Assembly: GCA_002633005.1 (NCBI GenBank)
Contig: NMRA01000002.1
Coordinates: 2,386,505 to 2,450,504, forward strand
Direction of reading: 5' to 3'
Length of the DNA stretch: 64,000 bases
Source of the DNA: Phoronis australis
Lineage: Eukaryota; Animalia; Phoronida
Shown here: piece after piece, positions 15,201-27,800 of the stretch
Numbering within the stretch: the stretch's first letter is position 1
How the letters are laid out: each line of letters opens with the position of its first letter
Made by a program: the position numbers and the translations under genes
The notes under the pieces: generated by a model
What the model was told of the DNA's origin: nothing
The model's input: only the letters and a program-made list of their open reading frames with translations
Database searches by the model: none

Positions 15201-18200
15201 GTTTTGCGTTACTAAATCTGTTGTGGGTGCTCATCCTTAAGAAGATAATACTTGGTCCTGGTGATGTCCCCCTGGTAGTCCTACCCAGTGGTTAACTTCT
15301 CTTAATTGGACAGTGTATCATTCGCATAAGTGCACCAATCTGTTGAACCTGCCGAAGTGTGCATGTTAACAACTACACTTCTAACCTTAAATTGCTTTCG
15401 TTACAAATCAACGCGTCATTATTGGGGAAAAACATCCGTGTAATCCAGGCCGCCTTGTCCCTCAAAGGTTCCATATCTTTCTACTTTTTTAGGGATTTTG
15501 TTAGAATCTTGGTAACAATTTTTCAGAAAGAACTCAGAAGTCAACTGGGCGCCCAGAAAAGAGACGAAGACTTGAAGGAAGTCATCAATCTTCTTGACAG
15601 TACCATTTCACAACACGAAGACCAGACAGACTCCTCCACACGGCCTTCTGTAGTCCCAGGTATATCATGTCTCCTATTTATCACCACAAAGCATAATTTA
15701 ACAATAATTTGATCGTCTACATCTACCAGAGGAAACCCATGAATGGCGAAAATAGAATTGTCCCCAAATCAAGGAAAATCAACTTCTCTAGTTAAACAAA
15801 CAACGACAAGCAAATATCAAACTCACTAGAACAATGGATAGGTGCAGGTTCAGTGATTTAGAGAAGATGTTGCTTATGGCAAAAACCGGTAAAGCTGAAG
15901 AAAATGAGCAAGTATTCAAGTTCTGGATAAAATTGCGTTTTCTAAAATGTGAAGTAAGCGTCGAAACTAAAAAATTTCACCAACGAGAAGAGAATGTGTT
16001 CACGAACAAACCCTGTATTGTGGATGCCCTTCGGAGTACATGTATGACTAATCTTACCTTCAAAACATGGAGCTACATGTACGATTTGTAAGGAAGGTTG
16101 TAAACAAATTCAACAATCCAACAACAAATCACACTTGTAACCCAGCACTGTTTGCCGCATTAAAATTTATGCTGTGCATTTCTGGAATCTGACGTCACCT
16201 ATTTAATCCACTTGACAGCACCTCCACCAATGCCTCCTCCGATGACACCGCAACTGCCTCGTTTCTCAACTCCAAGGGACATTGAAAAGATGAAGAAACC
16301 GTCACCATTGACTCGGATGCCTGCTTTTGATTGGACGCCACTCAAACGAGCTGAAAACACTGTATTTGAGGTAAAATATTACCATTTGTTTACGCTGCAA
16401 CTTTCTTCACACGTCCGACGCGTCATCGTATTCTTTTCCTTTACTTGAATGGAAATTGGTTGAAATACGATGGCTAGAACTCCCCTAACAGTTGAACTGT
16501 TTTAGCGGCTGAAATTAATCCTCCGTGGAAAGCAAACTTTTTAACCCCTTCTGAACCAATAACGACTTTTCAGTTTTTCTCAAGACTAGTTAAATTTTAA
16601 ACTGAATAAGGAACAAGATAAGGCCAATGTTATAACGCTAAGAAGCTTAAAGTTAGTCACTGACAGAAGGCAGGGTTTCACTACCACTTTGATAAAGACA
16701 TGTGACCCAATTTACTTTACAACATGAAAAGAATCCTACGCTGACACTCCGTGTGGTCAAGTTTGGGCAACCGCTTCGCTAACAATAAATCTAAGGCTAA
16801 AACAAGAAACTTCAGCTGAGATATTTACCTGTGTTGTGAAGCGTTACTTCCGATTGTGACGACACGTCAGTCAGATAAAGCCTCTCCGAGCCGCTCGCCA
16901 AGTGGCAATTGGCTCTTGGCCGAATGGTGTAGATGCTTCACCGCCGCTCGTGCAACCTATGTTCAATTCTTGCTCATCTTGAAATTTTCTACACTTGGGC
17001 AATCAGGTGCGAATTTGCGTATCATCAACGTGGTTGTAAACAGTGGGGGTGACAAGTCTATTATTAGACTTTCACTTTGAAAGTTTTTAAACACATTGTT
17101 TTAATAGACCATGAGATATTCTGGGCTCCACTATTCAAGAGTCAACGTGGGGTTAATAAAACAGTTATGTTCTCAGAAAGGACCACGAATCCTTTACTAA
17201 GATGTGTTTAGTTACACAGTCTAAGTGGGATAGTTGTGCGGCTAACACCAGGGTTCAAAAAGAATATTGCGTTCACTGACCCTCGATATTCATTTCAAAA
17301 GGCCTGTTGTGTGTGAACGATCCCCATGATTTGCAACCGCCTGCAAAATTCTAAGCCACCATGCAAATTACGGTTAAACCTACAGACCAAAACGAAGAAC
17401 AGGTGGATAGATTTTTCGAAAATCGGAACCGACAAAAATGTGACTTTTATCAACAAANTGAAGTACAGGTGGATAGAGTTTTCGAATTTTGAAAATCGGA
17501 ACCGACAAAAATGTGACTTTTATCACAAAAATTAGAAAGTTATAGTGTACATCAAGTATTTTGCTTCATTTCTTCTGCTGGGCGAGCAACATGGTCATCA
17601 GCCAGTAGTTGGAAATTGAGAAAAGCTCACTGATGTGTCATCGTACAATTCTGGGCCATGAACAAGTTTCATTGAATTCAGATTGCCCTATTAAACGAGT
17701 TCACTTTTTAAGATTTGGGTCGCGTGTTTTATAACAGTTCAAGGAAACAGACTCTCCGTTTTCTCGAAACAAAGCCCGAAACATTTTGGCGAAAACTGGT
17801 GGTGATAAAAGTTTATTTTCAAATACTGTATCTTCTTAATATGGCTACGAGAAGCCAGTGCTCACGTGTTCAAGTCTGTCACATTGTTTCTTATCATGCA
17901 AAGTACGTCTCTTTTATTCGCTTTGTCTTGTGATCAATGCCATTATCTCTTGGTAGACGCCGGACACAGATTCGGACTACGAACGCATCGATTTTAAAGA
18001 GTTTGAAAACAAATTCAAACTGAAGACAAGGAAGGAAAGTTTTGCCTCCAAACAGAAAAGAGAAAGAGGTAACTATTACCTGTACTTACACCACTGTTTA
18101 CATGTATATGCGTGAATAATGGTGAATGGTGTCTCGCAAAATTTGTGTTCAAACTATGACTATATCAGTGTGCTACTATGTGTTTTAGCTTTGAAGAAAG

Positions 18201-21200
18201 GAAGAGATAAACTAGTGTGCATACAACCGCCCCGTGCTCGAAACATCGGTGAGTATAGCTGTGTCACGTGAGAATCGTGATCAAAAAGTGTTGGCTACAT
18301 ACAACACAGTCCAGTTGAGTAGTGCTGCTCTGAGAATTGCTATTAAATTATTGTTTTCGTTATTGCTCTCAAGCGAGCAAATGTTTTTTTCTTGAATGAA
18401 ACAATGTTTCAAACTAACGAGGAAGGTGTCTGATCTTTTGAACAACCTTGGGCAGCGCACCACTGATAGCGGGCTGGATAAGCTATAGTCCCCACTGTAT
18501 TTCAGTGCTGCGCCCCCATGACAACGAAATACGAGATTTTCGATACAATCCTAGAAAAAATTGCGCTTCTACCAACTGGTAATACAGCGAGCAGGATTAG
18601 CTGGCACTACATATGGTGAATATTTTTTGATGAAGCAAGTGATGGCAGTTAATATTATAGGAGTGGTAACGAAAATGGAGATTCCCATAACGTCTCCAAT
18701 GTTTTAAGCAACAGAGACCGTCAGGAAGCATGTCAATATCTTCGCATCATTCAATCACATAATTTTGAAGTCATGTCGCTGCTTCTTAATTTCAGTGATT
18801 ACAAAGCGAAGAATCGGGCAACCGTCGAGAGCTCTAAGAGAAGCAATTGACAAATGTGACGTCGGAAGTCTGTCCGGGGAGTGTGCGGAATTGTTGGTGA
18901 AATTTGTACCTATGCACGACGAAGTAAGATGTCATTATGCAACCTCGATAAGTGAAAGCAAAATTTTCTATGAATACCGTGGAAGCAATATCACCACAAG
19001 CGAAGAAACATAGTTCATTTGTCATTGTAACACGTGGATTTGAACATAGGCGGATTTAGGGGGGCGGGGTACAGGGGCGGTGTTTTGTCTTTGATTGTGA
19101 GTCAATTTATTTGCAGTAATGAGGCAATACGAGAACAGATGCCGCGTATAGGTAAAAGTGGGTGCTTGAAAACCTGGCAAACGTTCGCATTAATGAAAGA
19201 GTACCGGTATGTGTGTACTGTATCAACATGCGCGCAACCGGGGCGGGGCTCGAGGGAGCTCGAAGGAGCCCCTACCCCATTTGGCGAAGTGGGCAAAAAG
19301 GTTAGCCACAGAGAAACAAAACGTCCAAAAAAGTAGAAAACAAGAAAAAATCCACTAAAATAGCTGGAATTCGGCGAATGCACAATTCATAGGCTTGAAC
19401 GTACACCGTTTTTTTTTAATTTTCTGTCTTTTTTATTGTTTCATTTTTTAGTAAAAGGGACAACATTTTCAAAAATTCGAGCCCCACCCCCCAATCCTTA
19501 GGCTGGGAGCTTACATCATCAACGTATCAAGACTGCCTCCCTTCAATGAATACTCTCTACTATTTTAGACACAGTGGTTGTTAGCGCATGAAAACGAGGC
19601 TAACAAAATGGGTGAAGCCGAACAGTTTCTACTACAACTGTCGAAGGTCGAACGCCTCGAGCAGAAACTCAACTGCATGGTTTTCATGGATGGCTTTGAA
19701 GAATCTGTCAAATTCATTGAACCGGTGAGAATACTTGTTTCGTGGCATCAACTATTGTTCTACAAAGTAAAATTTTACTCATATGGGCTCCGCACCTGCA
19801 CTGTCCCGTGTCTTTGTAGGTATTGCTGTTTACTATCACCTGTGCAAGGTTCATGGTCACTCCCTACTACCGGAAGTTAGACTTTAATAACAAACGGTTG
19901 CGATCTTTGCAAACCGGATAAATTCAATAATGCTTAAGATTTATTACTGCTTTGGGAACGTCCATGGCTATAGATGATTTCAAATGGGTAGAAAACGTTC
20001 TCCCTTTAGTACATTCCCTACATCGTACACAGATTGAATCCCACTATAAAGATTTTTGTTGTCTCTCTTCTTCGTCATGTTTTTCAAAATCTAAATAGAA
20101 TATCGGTAAAATAAACGTTTTGTAAATCTGTTGTTCAAACTTGTGTAAAGTAATTTTCACGTCTTGATGTTGTGGTTATATGTTGCTGTAATTTTCAGAT
20201 GATTTCAAGTGTCCGGGAATCCTCAAAGTCCGTTTTACGGAGCGAACGGCTGAAAAGAGTGTGCAAGGTAAACACTGTGTTGACAGCTGAAATGACTGAT
20301 GTATCTTACGAATTTGTGCAGTTTTATGACGTCTTTACATCATTTAGGAATACAACACCTGTCCATGATATACTTTTAAAAATATTTCTTAGAATACCTA
20401 CAAAGATATCAAGTTATGAGCAACTATGACGAAGTCTTTTTATTTCAGGTTATACTGGCCTTCGGAAATTTCATGAACTGCAGCAAACGTGGTTTTGTGG
20501 TTGGATTCAAGTTGTCGACTTTGCGGAAGGTACATTTTCATAGCATTTTCGTTGTTGTGATAGTAACGGACCACAAGTACGAGACCTCGACAACAGGCGC
20601 GCTATAAGTCTTGTACAAATGAGATCAGTGAAAAAGAAAATGTTTTAGCCTAACATCATCAACAACAACTATAAACTTTTTTGTGATGACTGTAAAATTA
20701 ATAGTGCTTTAACGGAGGAGGTCGTTTGTAAGCATTAAAAGATGGCGTGCTCCAATTCAAACAACAAGACACAATAACTAATGCTTGAGTGCCATTCTTT
20801 TCCCTTCAAGCTGCGCGAGGTCAAGTCTTCTGACCGAAGTCAAACTCTACTGCACTACCTGGCGGAGACATTGAGCACCAAGTACCCAGACCTACATCAC
20901 TTCTATGAAGATTTCGAAATCAATGTCTCTCGAGGAGGTAAGAGAGTTTTAAGCAAAGTGGATCACACCTTGTATATAGAGTGCACCAAATAGTCACAAC
21001 TATATTTTAGCATGGAGAATGATGTTTATATACCTGTGTACCAAGGTATTCACAACTCAAAGGTGGATCCAACGTTGTACGAAATGGGGACTCATTGAAG
21101 ACCATTCTGTACATGTACTGTATTATCACAAACAATGAGTATAAAATTGGTAACAAAATTTTGCTTCCTAATCTATGCACACGCGATCCATAGAAACGGA

Positions 21201-23977
21201 AAGGATACGGCTTTTTGTTCCCGAAGAAATCCAAGTTTTGCAATGGGTAAAAGTGCCAAAGTTGATTTTAATTGCAGAGAAAACACAATTTCGAGCTTCG
21301 GCACCAAACACAACTAGTCGAACAACTCCAAAACTGAGGCGTGGAGGCAGAGAGCAATTAAAAACTGCTTGTTCTTCAGAAGTGGAAATTGTGTTCCATT
21401 TAAACCACAGATGTAGATGTAGTACATTGTTCCTGAAGGAGAGGTGCTCGCTCCTCAGACCTTGTCCAGGCTGTAAAGGTCACTTGGAGTTGTACAAACA
21501 CATAAAAATCCAATTTTCGCTTTTCTAGGGTTACAGTCAACTGTGGTATTTTTCTTAACTTCTGTGACTTGCAAAACCGTCCTTGATATTCCTGGAATGC
21601 GAAAACACAGATAGTTCCCAAAAAGGACATTTTCTTGTGTTCACATTTTTGAGCATTTTTGTGAAAAAAATTAGGACGCCGTGATACTTCATACATGACT
21701 TTACTACACACCCTCCGTAATCCATACATGTACGAGTTACGCCTCCGGGTAAGGTCACCTCATGCTTGACATCGTCTTCAATCTTTCCCTCCACCGAAGT
21801 GTGCTCCATCTGGATGGAAATGAGCTACTAAATACTTGTACATGTATTAGTGAAGGAGACAGACTTTAAAGAGTACTCCATGCAGAAGTACATTTGCATC
21901 TTTTGGAGAATTGAGAAGTCAATTACGTCCAAATAAGTCCTCCTAATGCAAGGGAAAGGATTTTAAGACAAATTTCATCTGACGGAGAAACTCACTGAGG
22001 ATGTTTTCAGAGCAAGAAAGTAACTCCTTAGGGTGTAAGTTATGGTATACACTAAAGTACACCTTACATGTTCGAAAGTCTTTTGGAACACGGGCACACT
22101 TTGCACTTCCCGCGTTGCTATGACTAGAGAATCGTCTACAACATAAAACTAGTTTTATAGATGAAGAGATGCACCTTTACAAGAAGACGTGACTCCTAAC
22201 GTTGTATGATTGATATTTTGCTTTTTCTCTTTTCAGCAACGCTGGATCTTGTTCGTCAACAGGTGTCACTATTGGAATCAGCTATGAAAACTGTAGACTT
22301 GGAATCAAAATGTCAGAGTGACAACATCACACTCAGCGTATCCTTTAAGTTCTTAAGGTAAAGGCGAGGGAAGATGGTTAAGTCTCGTGTTATAACTCGG
22401 AACCGTGGCCGGTGTAGAATCTCTAGTGGTGTTGACCCCAACCCCCCTATTATACGTGATTCATTCCCCTCCCCCCCCCCCCTTCGTCACCAATAATTTG
22501 AACCCAACAATCGTAATTGGCCTATTGTCAATAACAAATTCACATGTTTATTTTGTAATATTGCCCCACAAATGTTACATCAATGGGGGTGTCACACCCC
22601 AAAAACCTTCCAGTGCGTTTCGTTTCGTCGCGTAGCAACAACAACTTGTGTATCCCCTATTCTACAAAACCTGGACTCCGATTTCCTGTTACGAACTGCA
22701 GTGTCCTCCTCTAAGCTATCGGTCATTTTCAACTTCGTCTTTACCAGCGTTCGAAATACACGCTGGCCGGTGGCCCGCGGCCAGTGGATTTGCGGCCATG
22801 CCAGTAAACTTTCACTTATGGGCCCATATGGATGTCGTTTCATATTCAAGTAACTTGCTCGCCGGGCATAAGTTATTTGCTGAAGCTCCGAACACTGGTT
22901 TTTACCGACTGCTTTAAATTAGGTTTAGAAACTTCAATTCGTAGCCGATTGAAATTGAATCAATGTCAAGTCGGTAACAAGGTAAGTATACGTGTAAGGC
23001 GGAGAATGTGACTGCCGCGTACTTCCGACACGTTTGTTGGCGTTTGCGAGCGTCAACAGGTTTGGGTTTTCAGTTGTGGAGAATATTGCTATTTTAAAAA
23101 TTTAATACAATACCAAATCAAAGATGGATAGGACGAGCCAAAACGGTGTTTAGTCTCCCTTAACCATTGATCAGGAGGCCAATAGAAACATCTACGACAC
23201 TACCACGCGCATCCTCCAGGCGCACGAGCAGATGGAACAGGCCTTCCAAGATGTTTGCGCCCTCTTTGGGGAAATTCATACACAGACTGAAGTCACCTCA
23301 TTTTTCAAGACAATCACAGATTTCGTTAACGACTACAAGGTATGTTCATAAAACATGTCTTCAGTTTGAAGTACCTTTATCCACAGTCAATCGTCAGATC
23401 ATTGCAAATTATAAAGATGTTTTTCAAGACGGTCACAGCAAACTCGGAACTTCACAAACGACGTATTTTTTAATTAATGCGAGATCTTTATCTTTATGTC
23501 AGTTCAGCATGCACACTTTAAATGTGTTCTTTATAGAATGCTGTGGCTGAAAACAAGGCACGGGAAAACATGGCCCCCGTGGTGCTCGTCGATTTCCGGC
23601 ACGACTCGACCTCAAGTGCACCAACATCAAAAGACACTCAAACAACCCCAGAAAAGCGAGCAAAGAACAGACCAGTCGACAACAAAAGCCGCTTTTTCCT
23701 GCCGACACCAGACAATTCTAGTAGACACATGATTACCATTGCCAATACTGCTCACTCGGTCCCTCACTTCCAAAAATCTTCAAACGACGCCAAGGTAACG
23801 GTACGAGCGGATGTGGAATCGAAGGTGTCGAATTTGGACCACGACCCAGCGCGTATTTTGATAAACAAGCAGAAAGACACGTCTGTCTCGCCGATCGACT
23901 TAAAAGTGGCAGGGACAAGTTTTGGTGGTTCTGATGACGGAAGTGACTCGGATGAAGATTTTGTGAGCGAACTGTAA
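264..23977 (+). CDS. Divergent formin-like (FMNL-type) protein: GBD/FH3, coiled coil, short FH1, FH2; 5'-partial
   Basis: Phase-consistent AG/GT-bounded exons: 264-391, 4682-4765, 7133-7290, 10678-10810, 11029-11079, 12316-12414, 12782-12931, 13224-13340, 13754-13891, 14570-14596, 14872-15006, 15527-15659, 16219-16370, 17957-18068, 18189-18248, 18796-18923, 19569-19724, 20199-20267, 20449-20529, 20811-20937, 22237-22337, 23175-23339, 23537-23977 (TAA); about 980 codons. GBD start MPPPREVHRQFEEYL..EEKWKCIFNQ. FH2 motifs MPAFDWTPL, RARNIVIT, GEAEQFLLQLSKVERLEQKL, LAFGNFMN, GFKLSTLRKLREVKSSDRSQTLLHYL, FGE..FFKTITDFVNDYK. The first exon begins in phase 1 after an AG, implying an upstream exon. 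Confidence 0.9.
3161..3371. repeat. Tandem trimer of a ~70-bp mini-MITE (family A)
   Basis: Three ~71-bp units each ending CCACTTATTTCAGT(G/A)CT(G/A)CGCCGCCCATG. Related solo copies at ~13985-14041 (truncated) and 18447-18520. Confidence 0.8.
9518..9671. mobile_element. Short MITE with GGCGGATCCAGG-type termini
   Basis: Imperfect TIRs CATGGGCCAATCCAGG / CCTGGATCCGCCTATG; related termini at ~19046 and 36615-36770. Confidence 0.6.
9741..10296. mobile_element. Possible Tc1/mariner-type non-autonomous element
   Basis: TATTGGGTG at 9741 and its complement CACCCAATA ending ~10296 (TA-flanked). Only 9 bp match, so support is weak. Confidence 0.3.
11530..11865. mobile_element. Palindromic MITE, PIF/Harbinger-like termini
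   Basis: Inverted termini AAGTGCCGTTTACAC / GTGTAAATGGCCACTT, plus internal inverted TGACACGG/CCGTGTCA motifs. The element may extend further right. Confidence 0.5.
14058..14130. repeat. (CAT/CAC/CTT)n trinucleotide microsatellite
   Basis: Imperfect trinucleotide run in a formin intron; it produces the spurious poly-His and poly-Ser ORFs. Confidence 0.85.
18447..18520. mobile_element. Mini-MITE family A solo copy with 5-bp TSD
   Basis: Imperfect TIRs CTTGGGCAGCGCA / TGCGCCCCCATG, flanked on both sides by ACAAC (18442-18446 and 18521-18525). Confidence 0.75.
19227..19517 (+). mobile_element. MITE family B copy
   Basis: Starts CATGCGCGCAACC; internal sequence is colinear with 48251-48497; right TIR is degenerate; 5-bp TSD ATCAA at 19222-19226 and 19518-19522. 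Confidence 0.8.
22338..23174 (+). other. U12-type (minor spliceosome) GT-AG intron in the formin FH2 region
   Basis: 5' end GTATCCTTT matches the U11 consensus RTATCCTT. Branch site TCTCCCTTAAC (23154-23164) lies about 10 nt before CAG, with no polypyrimidine tract. The phase-0 junction keeps FH2 in frame (NITLS|EANRN). Confidence 0.9.
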
Positions 23978-24817
23978 TAAGCTGATGCAAGCTTACACCA
24001 GGGGGAGATCTTATTTGTGAATTATTCAAATGTCTGGGTATGCGTCACTTTGTGGACAAAGTTTTCAAATGATCTGAGCTCCCAATTTGGCATTTTCAAG
24101 TAATTATAAAATCAGGTTTCTTTTGGCATAAACAACCTCGCAAGCTCCTTGAGAGTAGACCGTCGAATAGAATTTTCTGCACTTTTCAAATATTTAAATG
24201 TGTTTCATTGTCGGTGAAATATATACAGCCATCACAAATTAAATCAGCAGAACACGGTGTTTTATATCCCTTTCCACCATACCCTGTGACAGAGGCATGA
24301 CCCTTTAAATGAGAAGAATGTAAAAATTGAATAAGATAATCCCGATGAGTCAATTCTATTCAAAAAGTTTGTACCGTAAAACGCTCAGCTGCGAACGTGA
24401 AACGGGGAGCGCCCGTTTCTATTAACTTAATTCGACTACGCGGGAGGGGTTCATATGCTATACATTTGTCTAAACGCAAGAATTGTTAGGACAATGAAAA
24501 CAACGTACACAAATCATATCAGATTTATTGCACGTCTGGTGTTTTATATACTACCAGGAAGACATTGTTTTAGGCTGTTAATAGGTGGCAGTACTGTAGC
24601 ATGCTGACCATGGTCAATGAGACTGGCTCCTTACATGTATCTCAAGCTTCCATTAAATATTTCATTTTATTTTGTGATATCATTTAATTTAATGTAAATG
24701 TGTGCACCCAAGTTGTTGAATATTTACACTGTATAACAGAAAATATTTCTCAGCACATTTTCATAGTTTTGTTTATCTGACATTTTGTGCACGTAGGTCC
24801 TACGGTAGTAATGGATA

Positions 24818-24823
24818 AATAAA
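24818..24823 (+). terminator. Candidate polyadenylation signal of the formin gene
   Basis: AATAAA about 840 nt after the stop codon, following an AT-rich 3'UTR-like stretch; a second AATAAA lies near 24930. Confidence 0.35.
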
Positions 24824-27800
24824 ATATGACATTAGCTTATACAGCCTAAAGGCTTGTCCTACAATGAAAATCATTGGTACACAAGTAATATTAATACCTA
24901 TTTATTGGACTGTGTTGTTCGAGAATCCAAATAAAACATTGCGCTTATTTAAAATCAAGTTTAAAGCACTCGGAAATAATATTTTGAATGATCATATATA
25001 ACTTTCTGACGGGATATTCGATAATCTTGGTTATAATGTCTTTGATAATCCAAAAGAGGGCGCAAGTGAGAAGGTTTCTGAGGATTTGCTTTTTATGGAT
25101 AGCGAGCCTTCATACACATGAAGGATTGTGTGAAATCGGTCACCGGTAACAGCAGCACTGCTTGTAGTCCCACATGTGCCATGCGCACAGACCACCTCAT
25201 GGTAGCAACATTTCGAGCTGCGAGAAATTCAGTTCATTCTAAATAGGAGTAAACAAGGTTGTACAGATAGCTATCCTCTGTTACTGCACCCTTGCCAAGC
25301 AGAGGATCGCCTTTGTGGCACTTTAAAATCCCATGATTTTGGATTGGATGACTCCTATCACACAAAGTATGCTCTGGTACTTAGGGATAGTTGTTTTGTT
25401 TGGCTGGCTTCTGACTGGATCGTAGTCTGACAATCATAAGAGACGAAAACTTTAGACTGTGGTTTAAATGTCGTTCCCGCGGCCGGTCGCCAGCCGCATA
25501 AAATCATTTTGTACAAAACTGGTGGAAATAAGTAAACATTTTCTCATCTGGACTGCCGAGTTAGCCCCTGCTGCCGAACAGGCCAACACACTCACAGGGA
25601 CAAAAAAAATCGTGAAGATTAATACATATATTTTAGTCAAGCACGTCAGGGGTGAGTTTCAAACGAAGACTTCATACACCTGTTTCCGTTCCTGTCACAG
25701 GCGGATTTAGGAATTCAGAAAATGCACCAAAGACACCGGAATTGGAGTTAGTTCCTCACGTGACATCTTGATAGCTTAGTCCGCCAGTTCCTGCATTGTT
25801 ATCTTACAACAATCGCCGGGCCAGCACCACATTTTTAATGCAAATTTACGAATTTCGTATTCATTTTCTGAACAGTATTTCACCTGACATCTTGTACAGC
25901 TTATATTCGGCTACGTAAGTTTTTCTAAAAGTCGGTGGTACCGAAGGGGTTGCATTTTCATCTTGAGATTCAAGACATGAATTTCTGATTTATGACACCT
26001 ATGAAAAGCATAACTGCTGACAATGAAAAGGATTTATGCCTTCCATCTCTAGAAGGAGTGAAAACTTTAGAAACCCTCTGCCAGCTGGCGCCTTCGAACG
26101 TCTTGGAACGCGATCAGCGCCCTCGGGCGCTTGGTCTTATAAATGATGCCCATAACAGTATCTTTATTAGTCTTAATTAAATATCACGTCATTATTTACA
26201 GGCAAATTAAATAGAGCAGCCCCGGGTGAGCGTTTTATATTGAGACGTAACAGGTAGGCGTTTGAATGCGATGTTATGCAGGTTGTTGCCCTAGGGTGAA
26301 AGGCCCAGAGACTGGCTCACACCGAGTACTTCAAATTGAATGTGTACAAAAACATTTGGCTCCAGTGCGTTTCTCATCAGGAGGAATGTTTTTAAAATGC
26401 AGTATCGAATTTGATCAACTAGATTGTAGGTGGAAATGCTTTTAACTCGGTGTTTTCTTATACCTGAAACAAATTTCATCTGGCAATCGGTCAATATCAA
26501 CCTCAAGACCAACTTCACATGAATTTTACCCAGGAACATACTCTAGAACATTGTGCAGCAAAATTCAAGGACATCAATGTATTAATGGAAATTAAGTATC
26601 TTTCACTTTTGTTGATGTGGAACTCAAAACATCTAATTAACTCTACCGACCTGTTTGTGTTAGCCTCGAAGTAAAACACAAGTTTCATCGGTATTTGTGA
26701 GCATTATTGCAGTTTTGTGAAAAAAGAGGCGGCGTCTTTGTTTGTGGATCGACCTTCACATCACCTTGCCCCCAGAGTACCAACGGTACATGAGAATGAT
26801 AATGAATCGTTCAAGGATTTCTTAGCGTAATCCTGTAGGTTGTGCTAAATCAGTTATTAGCATATAATCTATTGTATCCTCATAAATAGAGATGAACTAA
26901 TATCTTAGCCTCAGTTTTGATGTTTCAACATGGTAATCTGTCATGCATAATGTCCTATTGGCTGACGACTGAGATCAGAGCCTTATTTTAAAAAACAACT
27001 TAGGTATCAGTGTATATCGCAGACTGTCACAACTTAAGCCCTAAAAGACCTGCAAAGTTCTCGGCAATGTTCCATGGGACACGACATGAACTGGGGACCG
27101 TACATGATAATACATCGTGCAATTATAACAACGGGGTCGTCCAACAAATTTAACGAGACATGACAGTATAAGTCAAACGATGATTACTGGCAATTTCTAA
27201 ACGCTTCCAGCACCCGTGGTGCCCATGGGTTGCTATGACTTTTCTAAATACAGGGTCTGGACACTTTGTGGTTGGGCGAATTTCAGCAGTTTTGATTATC
27301 ACACGATTCTCCGAATTGATAGTGTAAGACACGACAATATCTATTTTAAAAAACAATTGTTTACAACATGTACATAACTTTTTGTTATTGTTTCCTTTTT
27401 TAATCAAACCATCGTTTAATGGTAATTGAGTTTCGTACAGTATGTTCCGGAGGCACGTTGGAGTAGGTGTACAGAAAAAGCTATCAAAATATTTTTCTGC
27501 GACGGTAAATGTTTCGTTATTATACAAATTTCACAATGCCAGCTGCGAAATGTACATAGAAATTTAAAGCTTCCCTGCTTAGCTGGCTAAGAAACGAAAA
27601 TCGAATAAGGCGTTGTACTTAAACCCCAAAACGTTTCGGTTCAGAATTTCAACGTGCAGGAAAAAAGACACCTTAAATTTGAGCTCTTAAAGTCTACATT
27701 ATAATGTTGCACGTGTTTTTGATATCCCATTATTTTCGGACACTTCAACAAATCAAAAATTTTCATGGGAATAATCAACTCGATCTGGGCGCATAAGATG

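Noticed and set aside
17399-17530. ~60-bp tandem duplication
   Set aside because: It straddles the N at 17458, so it is probably an assembly junction or allelic overlap.
22572-22917. Three overlapping ORFs inside the U12 intron
   Set aside because: A locally GC-rich, repeat-like patch with few stop codons; no protein similarity recognised.
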